Below, piece after piece: positions 19,734 through 29,702 of a DNA stretch of 64,000 bases (position 1 is the first letter of the stretch; each line of letters starts with the position of its first letter). This DNA comes from Methanocella sp. (GTDB lineage Archaea; Thermoproteota; Bathyarchaeia; Bathyarchaeales; Bathycorpusculaceae). The notes under the pieces were generated by a model, which worked only from the letters and a program-made list of their open reading frames with translations, did no database searches and was not told where the DNA came from. Position numbers and translations under genes: made by a program. Location of the stretch: assembly GCA_050261115.1 (NCBI GenBank), contig JBLNCY010000008.1, forward strand, positions 1-64,000. Reading direction: 5' to 3'.

Positions 19734-20656
19734 ATACTTATTTTCCTGTCAGCGATGACTTCCTTGATGCTCTCTTCTAGGGGTACTTTGGGGGTCCAAC
19801 CGAGTTCATTCTTAGCTTTAGTGATGTCAAACCAGATTTTGGTTACGTCACCCTGCCAGGATACTCCCGTAGTTGTGACTTTTGTTCGGTTCTTTAGATT
19901 AAGAATCGATAGGATGAGGTCGGCGAGTTCAAGTATGGAAGTGGTTTTTCCTAAGCCCAAGTTGTAAACTTCACCGTTAACACCCTCCTTTTCACCGAGT
20001 AGAACGAGCGCGGCTACTACGTCGGAGACGTGAACGAAGTCACGGCATTGCTTGCCTGTGCCAAGGATTTCGAGTTTATCGGGGTTCTTCTGTAGCTTTC
20101 CTAGGAAGTCATGGATAACGCCGTGGCAGCGTAAGCCGTAGACGTTGGCGAAGCGGGTGATGACGACGTCTAATCCGTATTGTTCACGGTACATTTGGCA
20201 ATATTCTTCGCCGACTACTTTGCTTAAACCGTAACAGGAGAATGGATGGAACCCATAGGATTCGGGTGTGGGAAACACAGTGGGGTTACCATAAACCGCT
20301 GCTGAGGAGGCGAAAACAACTCTTGCGTCGTCTCGGCGGGCTTTCTCAAGCACATGGAGGGTGCCTTTGGCGTTGGTGTCAAAATCAGCCAGCGGGTTCT
20401 CCATGGAATAGCCTACGACGACTTGTGCGGCTAAGTGGTAGATTAGGTCCTGTTTGGGCACCTCGCAGAGGGTTTTGAGGTCTAAGATGTCGCCCTTCAC
20501 GAAATTTGCTTTGGGAATATCTGATACGTTCTGCATGGTGCCGCTTGATAAGTTATCGTAAATAGTCAAGTTACTGTTTAACTCAGAGAGCCTCTTACAC
20601 AGGTGATAACCTATGAATCCTGCCCCGCCAGTAACCATTACCTTTTTCCCTTCCAT
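19730..20656 (-). CDS. NAD-dependent epimerase/dehydratase (GalE-like SDR)
   Basis: VTGGAGFIG, HLAA, ASSAAVYG, YGLSK, RFANVYG, RDFVHVSD; ATG 20656 preferred start. Confidence 0.9.
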   Translation of the reverse strand: MEGKKVMVTGGAGFIGYHLCKRLSELNSNLTIYDNLSSGTMQNVSDIPKANFVKGDILDLKTLCEVPKQDLIYHLAAQVVVGYSMENPLADFDTNAKGTLHVLEKARRDDARVVFASSAAVYGNPTVFPTPESYGFHPFSCYGLSKVVGEEYCQMYREQYGLDVVITRFANVYGLRCHGVIHDFLGKLQKNPDKLEILGTGKQCRDFVHVSDVVAALVLLGEKEGVNGEVYNLGLGKTTSILELADLILSILNLKNRTKVTTTGVSWQGDVTKIWFDITKAKNELGWTPKVPLEESIKEVIADRKISI

Positions 20657-20713
20657 CCATGATACCCCTTTGACAATAAAGCCTATATTCACTATAGGCA
20701 AGTTGGTAGGTAT

Positions 20714-21562
20714 ATGTCGGCGATGAAAGCTATAAAAGTTTTCAAGGACTTGCTGTCATTCTTAACCATCATACCGATGGGTGGAAAAGAAGATTTTATC
20801 TTCACCACAGCCGCTAACATGTACCTTTTCCCAGTAATCGGAGCCTTCATCGGACTGCTAGCTGGGCTGTATTATGTTGCTGCAAGCACAATCGTGGGTT
20901 TGGTTTTGGGTTTAGTTGGCGCATATGTCGCCATACCCGCCGTTTTTGGCATGCTAATCCCAGCGGCTATGACAATCGCGTTCCTGCTGGTTATAACGGG
21001 GCTGCAGCACTTCGACGGCCTAATTGACCTCGGCAACGCTTTAGGTATACGTAACCTTCACGACCGCAAGATGAAGGCACACGAATGGACAGTAACCTAC
21101 GGCGGCGCTGTCTTGGCGTTTGCAGTGGAGGCATTGGCTTTTTTCGGCTTGTTCTGGATTGTTCGCGGCTCAATAGACACATGGCTGGCGTTTTCGGCGG
21201 TGTTTTTAGCGGAAGTCTCAGCAAAACTCGCTATGGTTACCATCGTCTGGGTTGGCAAGCCGTCGCATAAAGGGCTTGGGTCGATTTTCCTAGCAAAAGC
21301 AAAAAAGAAACTCAACATAGCGGCTTACGTGATTTCGGCTCTGCTTGTTCTCCCAGTTCTGTACTTCCTCGCGGGACCACTATTGGCGTTGGTTGCGGTG
21401 GCTGTGATGTTTGTCAGTATCCCGGTCGCGTTTGTGATGAATAAGGTTTCAAACAACGTGTTTGGCGGAGTTTCAGGTGACATGATTGGGGCGACTAATG
21501 AGGTTGCCCGAGCAGTTACGCTTATTCTGTTTGCTGTTGTGTTATTGGTGATGTCACTATGA
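20714..21562 (+). CDS. cobS: Cobalamin synthase CobS paralog 1 (divergent)
   Basis: LSFLTIIP, FPVIG, TGLQHFDGLID, FGGVSGDMIGATNE. Confidence 0.82.
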   Translation: MSAMKAIKVFKDLLSFLTIIPMGGKEDFIFTTAANMYLFPVIGAFIGLLAGLYYVAASTIVGLVLGLVGAYVAIPAVFGMLIPAAMTIAFLLVITGLQHFDGLIDLGNALGIRNLHDRKMKAHEWTVTYGGAVLAFAVEALAFFGLFWIVRGSIDTWLAFSAVFLAEVSAKLAMVTIVWVGKPSHKGLGSIFLAKAKKKLNIAAYVISALLVLPVLYFLAGPLLALVAVAVMFVSIPVAFVMNKVSNNVFGGVSGDMIGATNEVARAVTLILFAVVLLVMSL

Positions 21563-22176
21563 TGGTTCCCGCTTTGATAATGGCTGGCGGTAGAGGAAGC
21601 CGCATGGGGTTGCCTACTGAGAAGCCGATGTTACCGTTTCTTGGTAAGCCTCTGCTGGATTGGGTTGTGGAAGCAGCTTTATCGGCAAAGAGCGTTAGTG
21701 AAGTCTGTATCGTCACCAGCAGTAACACCCCCAAAACCGAGGCACACTGCAGAAGTAAAGGTTGGAGAACCCTATACACTGACGCTAAGGGTTACCATGA
21801 CGATTTGAAGCAGGCGGTAGCCAAGTTAGGCTGGATGGGTCCAGTGCTGACGATGCCCTCAGATGTGCCAGCCATTACAGGACCAATCTTGGATAGTGTA
21901 ATTAGCGAGTTTGAGGTTTCGGGGAAGGATTTTTTGGCGGTGTTTGTGCCGATTGAGAAGCGGCAGGCGCTGGGACTATCCATTTCCTCCACGGACGAAT
22001 ACAAGGGGGTATGGTATGCTGTTTCAGGGGTTAACATCATTAACGGCTCTAAAATTCTAGGAGAAGGCAAAATTGAGACAGCCGCCATAATCACCGAAGA
22101 AACCGAAGTTGTCCTAAACGTGAACACTACAAAGGACTTTGAAGTCGCCGAGAAACTCATGACTAAGCCCCGCTGA
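21559..22176 (+). CDS. cobY: Adenosylcobinamide-phosphate guanylyltransferase CobY paralog 1
   Basis: ALIMAGGRGSRM..EKP, TPKT, GYHDDL, SGVNII, NVNT; overlaps cobS stop. Confidence 0.85.
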   Translation: MMVPALIMAGGRGSRMGLPTEKPMLPFLGKPLLDWVVEAALSAKSVSEVCIVTSSNTPKTEAHCRSKGWRTLYTDAKGYHDDLKQAVAKLGWMGPVLTMPSDVPAITGPILDSVISEFEVSGKDFLAVFVPIEKRQALGLSISSTDEYKGVWYAVSGVNIINGSKILGEGKIETAAIITEETEVVLNVNTTKDFEVAEKLMTKPR

Positions 22177-22251
22177 AACTCTTGCTGTGGTGCGCCTACA
22201 ACATAATTGTGTAAAGCGATAACTCGCATTTTAACTAAGAGGTACTTTATT

Positions 22252-22530
22252 TTGTCAACCAAAGTCAACAACGACGGGTTACCGATTGCCCAATGCAAAT
22301 GTGATGCAAAGATTTTGATTCTTCCAGACGCTAAAGCCATGGATAAAGCTATAAATGCACACCTAGCACACTGCCCCCTAATCGAACAGTCCAATAATAA
22401 ATCCACTGTCAAACGGGAACTCTGCGATTACATAATCACACAGGTTTTCAAATTAGCAGCACAACACCCGCTTAGCAAAAAAGCAGATTATTGGCCGCTG
22501 CTAGAAGGCGACACTATCCTCACCGTATGA
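22252..22530 (+). CDS. Small hypothetical protein with CxC...H..H/C possible Zn ligands
   Basis: LPIAQCKCDAKILILPDAKAMDKAINAHLAHC; start uncertain (22207 or 22252). Confidence 0.5.
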   Translation: MSTKVNNDGLPIAQCKCDAKILILPDAKAMDKAINAHLAHCPLIEQSNNKSTVKRELCDYIITQVFKLAAQHPLSKKADYWPLLEGDTILTV

Positions 22531-22583
22531 GCTAGCCCGATAGGAAAAAAAGGCCCGTGGCGACCGAAATGGTTTATTGTCGT

Positions 22584-24137
22584 TTAGGGTGAGACAACCA
22601 GCAGTTTACCATCCAAAACAACAAAATCAACCGCAACCTCACTAATCCTATCAGCACTTATGGCATCAAGGTTTTCGGCAAGTATAGTTAAATCGGCTAG
22701 TTTACCTTCCTCAATTGATCCCTTGATGGCTTCTTCGCCTGAGCAATAAGCAGCATTTAGGGTGTATAAACGGATGGCTTCGTCAAGGCCTAGTCTCTGC
22801 TCGGGGTAGCTGAGTCTATTGGTAAGCTCTTGCATACCAAGTAACGCGCTCAGAGGCTCCATGGGGCAGTCAGAGCCAGCAGCAACCATAACCCCTTCAT
22901 CGAGAAGAGTTTTGATGGGATGGAGTAGGCGGGCGCGGTTGCCGAGGTGCTGTTTAGCTGACCAAACTGAGAATTCGGTGGTGATGACTTTGGGTTGGAT
23001 GGTAACTATCACTTTTTGTGCTTTGAGACGCTTGATGAGGGAATTGTCAAGAACAGCTGCCTGCTCAATTCGAAAACGCACATCGCGCCGTTTTGATTGC
23101 TCGATTACCGTGAGTGCCGCATCGATAGCGCGATCGCCCATAGCGTGGATAACAGGTTGCACACCAAACGATAGGGCATGCTTAACCGAAGCCTCTAAAG
23201 CCTCAGCGGTTAGCAGCATCTTACCATAATTCGCAGGGTCATCGCTGTAGGGCTCTTGCAATGCAGCCTCCTTAGAATCCAAGTAACCATCAACTACAAT
23301 GAATGCACCCCCAACCTTTAGCACCTCAGAGCACTTTGAAGTCAACTCCGATACTGCTTTTTCCAGCATCACCTCGGGAACCACAACATTAACCCGAAAC
23401 AACAAACGGTCCTGTTCATGCAACCTTCTGATAATTGAAAGCTCGCTTTCAGAGATGACTAACCAGACGATACTGGTTATGCCTGCCTGGAAAATTTTCT
23501 GGCACGCTTGCGCCGCCGCCTCCAACAGTTCATCCTCAGTGGGTTCAGGCACAGCCTGCCAAATCAAATTAGCAGCGGCATCGCGGAAAACCCCTATCAA
23601 CTCGCCCTCGACGGTTTTGTCTATTGTGCCGCCTGGGGGTGTGGGGGTCTGTTGGGTTATTTTTGCGAGTTGGATGGCTTTTGTGTTGGCTGCGCAGATC
23701 ATGGCTGCTTCGCGGTAGAGGATAACTGGGTTGTCGGGTGCAGCCTCATCTAGTTCCTCTTTTGTGGGGGCGCGTTGCTCTTTTAGGCGATTTTCGCTCC
23801 ATCCTTGCCCTATAATCCACCTGCCTGGGCAAGTCAGTTTAGCTTTCTCTTTGATGAGTTGCTGTAGTTCTATGATGGATTTTGCGGAGGTTAGGTCTAG
23901 CCACATTAGGCAGCGCCCGTAATCAGCTACGTGTATGTGGGTATCAATCAAGCCTGGGAGAACGGTTTTTCCCTCAAGGTTCATGACGGTGGTTTCGGGG
24001 CTGATTAGAGTTTGAATTTCCTGGTTGGTGCCCACTTTGAGGATTTTGTTTCCAGAAATCGCTAGGGCTTGTGCGGTGGGTTGATTGGGATTCATGGTTT
24101 TGATATTCGCGTTAATGATTGCTAGATGTGCGTACAA
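22584..24137 (-). CDS. Amidohydrolase 3 family (YtcJ-like)
   Basis: LPGLIDTHIH, HAMGD, GSDCP, GSIEEGKLADL. Confidence 0.85.
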   Translation of the reverse strand: MYAHLAIINANIKTMNPNQPTAQALAISGNKILKVGTNQEIQTLISPETTVMNLEGKTVLPGLIDTHIHVADYGRCLMWLDLTSAKSIIELQQLIKEKAKLTCPGRWIIGQGWSENRLKEQRAPTKEELDEAAPDNPVILYREAAMICAANTKAIQLAKITQQTPTPPGGTIDKTVEGELIGVFRDAAANLIWQAVPEPTEDELLEAAAQACQKIFQAGITSIVWLVISESELSIIRRLHEQDRLLFRVNVVVPEVMLEKAVSELTSKCSEVLKVGGAFIVVDGYLDSKEAALQEPYSDDPANYGKMLLTAEALEASVKHALSFGVQPVIHAMGDRAIDAALTVIEQSKRRDVRFRIEQAAVLDNSLIKRLKAQKVIVTIQPKVITTEFSVWSAKQHLGNRARLLHPIKTLLDEGVMVAAGSDCPMEPLSALLGMQELTNRLSYPEQRLGLDEAIRLYTLNAAYCSGEEAIKGSIEEGKLADLTILAENLDAISADRISEVAVDFVVLDGKLLVVSP

Positions 24138-24287
24138 GCCCTACTTCTCCAAGTGACATTTGTAGCGCTAGTTGGATGGATGTCATAAAAAACCTTCCGT
24201 TACGCCAAACTTACCTTAGCTGGGCCTGTTTACGTAAAACATAATAGCTTCGCGCGCGGTGTCTTGATTAAATCTCGGGGTTCAACC

Positions 24288-25769
24288 GTGAAAGCTCACG
24301 TAACACTTGTAAATCCGCCTTATCCAAAAGGAGCCACACAATCCATTTTTCTGCCGCTTGGCATCGGCTACTTGGCAGCGGTACTAGAACAGGAAGACTA
24401 CCAAGTTAGCGTAGTAGACTGCCAAATTACCCGACCCAACGAGAAGACACTTACAGAGAAATTTCAGAGTCTAAACCCTGACATCATCGGCGTAACCAGC
24501 GCCACAGTCACCTATTTACCGGCATTAGAAATTCTAAAAATCGCCAAAACTGCTGTACCCAACGCCTTGACGCTCATGGGCGGCCCGCATGTCACCGTGC
24601 TTGACCAAGAAGCCGTCACCGAAAGCCCCGACCTTGACATCGTGGTGCGCGGCGAAGGCGAACAGACCATGCTGGAACTTGCTAAACTTGTCAGTGAAGG
24701 CAACCTCAAAAATCTAGGTCAGGTCCAGGGCATCACCTTTAAGCGCAATAAAGAAATCATCCGCACTCCCGACCGGCCCTTTATAGCTGACATCGACAGC
24801 CTACCAAGGCCAGCGCATCACCATTTTGATACTAACATGTATCGGCTCTTTGGAGTCAACTACATGCCCATCATAACCAGCCGCGGCTGTCCCAGCGCCT
24901 GCACCTTCTGCTTAGCCTCAAAGATGTGTGGCCATGCGTTCCGCGCACGTAGCCCTAGCAAGGTTGTAGATGAGTTGGAGTGGCTTCGTGACGAATTCCA
25001 TGCTGGCGCCTTTGCGTTTTATGATGATACGTTTACGTTTGATTTGAAGCGGGCGTTTGCTATCTGTGATGAGATGCAGAAGCGCAAGCTGGATTTGCCT
25101 TGGGACTGCCGTACCCGCGTCGACCGCGTCAATAAAGAGTTGCTGGCAAAGCTTAAGGCAACAAACTGTCAGCTTATCCACTTTGGCGTTGAATCGGGCA
25201 GTCCAGAGATGCTAAAGTTAATGCGCAAAGGTACCACCGTGGAGCTTAATGCGCAGGCGATTAAGTGGGCTAAGGAGGCAGGTATATCGGTTGCGGTTTC
25301 GCTGGTCATCGGTTATCCCACTGAGACCCCTGAGATGTTAAAGCAGACCATCGACTTCCTCTACAAGACCAAACCCGATTATGTTTACATGTGTGAAGCG
25401 GTGCCTTATCCCGGCACTGAACTTGCCCACTTCATCAAGACACTGGGACTTGAGGTGCCAACAGACTGGAACCAGTACAGAGAGGAAACCCAGATATTCA
25501 AAAATGAACTACTCCCCCTTGAGAAGCTTGAGGAAGTTAAAAAGGACTATTTTGACCACTTCTTCACCAAACGCTACTTCCTCTCCAAGAAACTAAAGGG
25601 GGACTTCTACAGCCAAATCATGGCCCGCGCCGCCTTAAACCACATCGTCTGGAACAGCAAAACCGCCATGTGGGCCTTCCGTCGCCTAAGCAAAGTACGC
25701 GGTAAAAAGAAGAGCGCAGGAGGCTACAGCACCTCCCCCGAGGAGCAGGAAGCCCAAGCCAAAGTTTAA
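24288..25769 (+). CDS. Cobalamin-binding radical SAM protein (class B-like) #1
   Basis: LVNPP..PLGIGYLAAVL, GGPHVT, VRGEGE, TSRGCPSACTFC, GVESG, PYPGT. Confidence 0.9.
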   Translation: MKAHVTLVNPPYPKGATQSIFLPLGIGYLAAVLEQEDYQVSVVDCQITRPNEKTLTEKFQSLNPDIIGVTSATVTYLPALEILKIAKTAVPNALTLMGGPHVTVLDQEAVTESPDLDIVVRGEGEQTMLELAKLVSEGNLKNLGQVQGITFKRNKEIIRTPDRPFIADIDSLPRPAHHHFDTNMYRLFGVNYMPIITSRGCPSACTFCLASKMCGHAFRARSPSKVVDELEWLRDEFHAGAFAFYDDTFTFDLKRAFAICDEMQKRKLDLPWDCRTRVDRVNKELLAKLKATNCQLIHFGVESGSPEMLKLMRKGTTVELNAQAIKWAKEAGISVAVSLVIGYPTETPEMLKQTIDFLYKTKPDYVYMCEAVPYPGTELAHFIKTLGLEVPTDWNQYREETQIFKNELLPLEKLEEVKKDYFDHFFTKRYFLSKKLKGDFYSQIMARAALNHIVWNSKTAMWAFRRLSKVRGKKKSAGGYSTSPEEQEAQAKV

Positions 25770-28294
25770 GCGATTGCGTATTTGGCTTTTTTAACTCTGT
25801 AGGCCAGTAACGCTGCTATGACGAGGACAGCAACTATTAGGAGTGCAACCATGAGTTCTTGGGGGACTTCAGGGCCGCTGCTTGTAGGGGTTGGTGTGGC
25901 TTCTGTGGCTATAGTGGTTATGTTTTCTTTGAAGCTATAGACGTTCCAGTCGTTGCAGCCAACGAAGAGACGATTGTTGGCGATCGTTGGGGAGCTCCAG
26001 CTGCTAGAAAGCGTGGTTGTGGATGCGAGGATGTTGCCTTGGTTGTTTGTGTCAAGGACGAATATGTTGCGTTGGCTTGTAACCATGTAGATTTTGCCGT
26101 CGGCATATGAGGGGGACACGTATAGTTCGTCGCCAGTATATTTGCTCCAGATAACAGAGCCAGTGGTTCCGTTGACGGCTGCCAGGTCGAATTTGTCAAT
26201 CAGGTAGACTATGCCGTCAACCCATATGGGGGAGGAAACGATGAATTCTGTAGCTGTCTCATCAACGAAGTGCCAAAGCACGCCGCCAGTCTCAGTGTCG
26301 AGGCAGTAGTAGTCACCCCAGTTAGAGGAGGCAAATACTCTACCCTCTGCAACACTTGGGGAACCTAGCATTTGGTTACCGCCAGTGAATGATGGGCGAT
26401 AGGGGATGCTAAAGATCCATTGGACTTGGCCCGTGGCGGCATCGACCTTATAGAGGGCGCCAGTTTCGGGCTCTTCTGCGCTGAAGTAGACTGCCCCGTC
26501 CGCGTAAGCGGGTGAAGATTGAACAGGCCCCTTAGCTTGGATTTTCCACAGGATAGCACCAGTATTCCAATCCAGCGCATATAAGTGCCCATCGAGTGAG
26601 CCAATGTAGACTGCTCCATCTGCTACTGCCGGCGAGGACTTTAGCACCAGATTGCCAAACGTGAACTCCAAGTTACCGTTCACAAAGGTTTTCCACCGCA
26701 GTGCGCCTGTTTGGGCATTAAGGCAGTAGACGTAGCCGTCGTCGCCGCCCGTGTAGAGCCATCCGTTAGCTATGGCTACGGTGGATTCGATTGGTGCGTC
26801 TGTCTTAAACTTCCAATACAACTCGCCAGTCCATGCGTCGACGGCGTAGATGTAGGTGTCAGTGGAGCCGAAGTATACTACGTCATCAGAGACAGTGGGA
26901 GAGGAGATGACTGAGCCGCCGGTCTGGTACTTCCATGCAACGGTGAGGTTTGAGGGGCCCACGGGCGCAATTGAGGAGTGCGCGGGGTCGGTTCGCCACT
27001 GCTGCCAATTGGTGGATACTTTGACGGGTTCATCTTGGACTATCTCTTTTATTGCCCAGACCTGCTCGTCTGTGGCATACTCGTTGCCCGATATGGTATC
27101 TACGGAGGTGGTGACGTCTCCGGGGATGATGTAGAGAGCGCCGTAGGCAACTGCAACTGATTCACGAGGTGGTAGCGCTTCCATGTCAAACTTCCAAAGT
27201 TGCCGCCCCGTGTAGGCATCTATGCAGGAGAACTCTGAGGTGCCAAACGGCTTGTTGTACTGGGCAGCTTCGCCGGTGGTTAGGTAAATTTTTCCATCCG
27301 CAACTGTCGGCATACCTGGCCACATGAGCGAATCATTAGGGCCCCTATAGCGCCAAACAACCTCGCCAGTGTACATGTCAAAGGCATAGAAGTAGCCGTC
27401 CTTATTCATCGAGTACACCATACCGTAGCCGACTGCGCAGCCGGTGACGAAGTAGCCGTCGGTGTCGGGGCGGTAGCGCCAGATTATTTGGCCTGTGGAT
27501 GCGTTGAAGGCATACATGGTGTTGTCGTCGCTGCCTCCTTTGAAGTAGATGCCATCAGCGTAGGCGCCTGTGAATATCATGGGGCCCTTGGTTGGGGCTA
27601 CCCAGAGGACTTTGCCTGTTTTTGCGTCAAGGGCATATTGCATGTTCTCGAAGCTGCCAGTGAAGACTTTGCCGTCGCCATATGCGGTGCCTATGCCGGT
27701 TATGCCGCCGCCGTGGATGTAGGTTCGCCAGGCCACGGTGGGAGGTTGGGAGGGGTTCTTGAAGTTCCAGGCGACGATGTAGCTGTCAATTTTGGTGTAG
27801 AACATTTGCTCTTGGGGGCTGTAAACGTTGGTGTTAAAGATGCCTGTGTATGTGTTGAAGTCGGGGCTGGTCCAGAGGAGTTCGCCTGTTTCGGGGTTAA
27901 AGCCGTATTTCTCGATAACCATGTGGGTGTCGTCGATTTTGTAGGCGATTGGCCAGTGGGTAGGTTCGGGGAAGTCTGTTTGCCAAACAATTTCGCCCTC
28001 CTGATTGAGCGCATAGGCGGTGGTGGTGCTGCATACGTAAATTTTGCCGTTAAACGCGGTGAGGTAGGGTTGGATGCCGGTTATGTTTGCTTTCCATAGT
28101 ATGTTTGGGGTGTCGGGTGCACTTCCGGCGGCAAAGCGGGTCATGGAGGGGCCTCCGTTAATTTGGGTCCACTCGCTAATGGCATCGACAGCTTGAACCT
28201 GCGGAATAAAGGTTAACGAAACAAAACTGGATGAAACAAGCATAAACACTAAAGCCGTGAGTAAGATTTTTTTGTTGATTACGTTTACCCCCAA
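25766..28294 (-). CDS. Secreted, membrane-anchored PQQ-like beta-propeller repeat protein
   Basis: N-terminal signal peptide, repeated 'SSP.V.DG.VY.GS.D..LYALD..TG...W', TPTP linker, C-terminal TM helix plus basic tail. Confidence 0.85.
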   Translation of the reverse strand: MGVNVINKKILLTALVFMLVSSSFVSLTFIPQVQAVDAISEWTQINGGPSMTRFAAGSAPDTPNILWKANITGIQPYLTAFNGKIYVCSTTTAYALNQEGEIVWQTDFPEPTHWPIAYKIDDTHMVIEKYGFNPETGELLWTSPDFNTYTGIFNTNVYSPQEQMFYTKIDSYIVAWNFKNPSQPPTVAWRTYIHGGGITGIGTAYGDGKVFTGSFENMQYALDAKTGKVLWVAPTKGPMIFTGAYADGIYFKGGSDDNTMYAFNASTGQIIWRYRPDTDGYFVTGCAVGYGMVYSMNKDGYFYAFDMYTGEVVWRYRGPNDSLMWPGMPTVADGKIYLTTGEAAQYNKPFGTSEFSCIDAYTGRQLWKFDMEALPPRESVAVAYGALYIIPGDVTTSVDTISGNEYATDEQVWAIKEIVQDEPVKVSTNWQQWRTDPAHSSIAPVGPSNLTVAWKYQTGGSVISSPTVSDDVVYFGSTDTYIYAVDAWTGELYWKFKTDAPIESTVAIANGWLYTGGDDGYVYCLNAQTGALRWKTFVNGNLEFTFGNLVLKSSPAVADGAVYIGSLDGHLYALDWNTGAILWKIQAKGPVQSSPAYADGAVYFSAEEPETGALYKVDAATGQVQWIFSIPYRPSFTGGNQMLGSPSVAEGRVFASSNWGDYYCLDTETGGVLWHFVDETATEFIVSSPIWVDGIVYLIDKFDLAAVNGTTGSVIWSKYTGDELYVSPSYADGKIYMVTSQRNIFVLDTNNQGNILASTTTLSSSWSSPTIANNRLFVGCNDWNVYSFKENITTIATEATPTPTSSGPEVPQELMVALLIVAVLVIAALLAYRVKKAKYAIA

Positions 28295-28299
28295 TTTAT

Positions 28300-28339
28300 G
28301 GGCAAGACTGAGTTAGCTAAGTATACTGGTTTCTTGCCC
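28300..28339 (-). promoter_or_regulatory. 5'-leader stem-loop of beta-propeller gene
   Basis: Minus strand GGGCAAGA-N24-TCTTGCCC, beginning 24 nt after TATA-like TTTATGT. Confidence 0.6.
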
Positions 28340-28411
28340 GAGCTTAAAAGAGCGGTGCTTTCAACATAAAGTTTACTGAAAAAATGCAAACGGAGGCTTT
28401 GTGGTTTTCAG

Positions 28412-28426
28412 CTGCAACAGTTGCAG
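28412..28426. promoter_or_regulatory. Perfect palindrome in divergent promoter region
   Basis: CTGCAAC-A-GTTGCAG between the divergent 28294 and 28527 genes. Confidence 0.35.
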
Positions 28427-28526
28427 AAAGACAGCGATAACATAAACAGCTAAGCTACAAGTAAACTATTTTAAGACCCAAAAACCCTTAACGGGTACAA
28501 TATATGGAGCAGAGAAGGGATTCTCA

Positions 28527-29624
28527 TTGACTAACGAACAAACAGGTCCACTCCTAATGACTTCTTGGCGGGCAACCGGTGCCTGCAACGCCCGATGCAA
28601 ATACTGTAACGTAGACGCCACAGGAGCACACGCGCCAAGAGAAATGACTACCCAAGAAGCCTTCCACTTAGTCGACGAAGTGAAAAAATTCGGCGTAAGA
28701 TGGTTTGGCCTAAAAGGCGGCGAACCCCTCACGCGCCCAGACATCTTCGAGATCGCTACCTACGCCAAAAGCAAAGGCTTAAACGTATGCCTCCTAACCA
28801 ACGGCACATTCGTAGACGGAAGCATATATGACAACTTGGTTAAAAACCAGATTTGGACTTCAGTCAGTATCGATGGCCCCGAAGAAATCAACGATGAACT
28901 CCGCGGCAAAGGCAGCTACAAAAAAGCCATAGCAGCAATCGAAAAGCTAGCGGAAGGCAAAATCCTAAACGGACTCGCCTGCGCCATAACCACGGTTAAC
29001 CTAAAGCATCTTGACCACGTCGCCGAATTAGCCGAGAAGTACCACGCGAACTTTGTCTGGTACAACGCCCTGGTGCCTAGCGGTAGAGCCAAAACCAAGA
29101 TGGAACTAGAGCCGTCACCTGAAGAGTACGATTGGGTCCTCAACCACATCTGGGATATCACCCAGAAGTACCGAAATAAGTTTGAGGTTCATGTGCACTG
29201 CCCATTCTTTGCCCGCATAGTCAAACAGCGTCTGCCAGAGAAGGAATTCAACGAATGGTACGAAAAAGAATTCCACGGCAAATGCACCTACTTCGCATTC
29301 GGCGGTTACTTGTCTGTTACTGAGAACGGCGACTTGATTCCCTGCTTCTACACCGACCTAACACCCAGCGAACCCATGATGCTGGGCAACATCCGCAGCA
29401 AACCGCTGGTACAGGCATGGGAAGAAGTCAAAGCCTCCCCCTTCTACAACAGGTTCCAAGACCGCAAAATCGTCAAGGGCAAATGCGGCGTCTGCGAATA
29501 CCTAGACATATGCGGCGGCTGCAGAAACCGAGCATACGCTTACACCGGAGATATCACTGAGGCTGATCCAGCCTGCGGATATATCCCTAAGAAATGGGAA
29601 GAAATGCAGAAACAAAGAGAGTAA
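28527..29624 (+). CDS. Radical SAM/SPASM protein (NirJ/AhbC-D/PqqE-like architecture)
   Basis: CNARCKYC, GGEPL, C...G.L...GDLIPC, C-terminal CGVCEYLDICGGCRNRA...DPAC. Confidence 0.88.
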   Translation: MTNEQTGPLLMTSWRATGACNARCKYCNVDATGAHAPREMTTQEAFHLVDEVKKFGVRWFGLKGGEPLTRPDIFEIATYAKSKGLNVCLLTNGTFVDGSIYDNLVKNQIWTSVSIDGPEEINDELRGKGSYKKAIAAIEKLAEGKILNGLACAITTVNLKHLDHVAELAEKYHANFVWYNALVPSGRAKTKMELEPSPEEYDWVLNHIWDITQKYRNKFEVHVHCPFFARIVKQRLPEKEFNEWYEKEFHGKCTYFAFGGYLSVTENGDLIPCFYTDLTPSEPMMLGNIRSKPLVQAWEEVKASPFYNRFQDRKIVKGKCGVCEYLDICGGCRNRAYAYTGDITEADPACGYIPKKWEEMQKQRE

Positions 29625-29702
29625 AACCCCTTTTATTTTCCTCTTTATAGTCTGATTTTTCAGCGAAACCGTCTTTAATCCAAAATTACCATTCTTATTT
29701 GG

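Noticed and set aside
22252-22530. Small ORFs (also 37202-37408) as RiPP precursors for the radical SAMs
   Set aside because: Both look like folded Zn-binding proteins without leader/core structure; no RRE/PqqD domain or dedicated peptidase-transporter seen.
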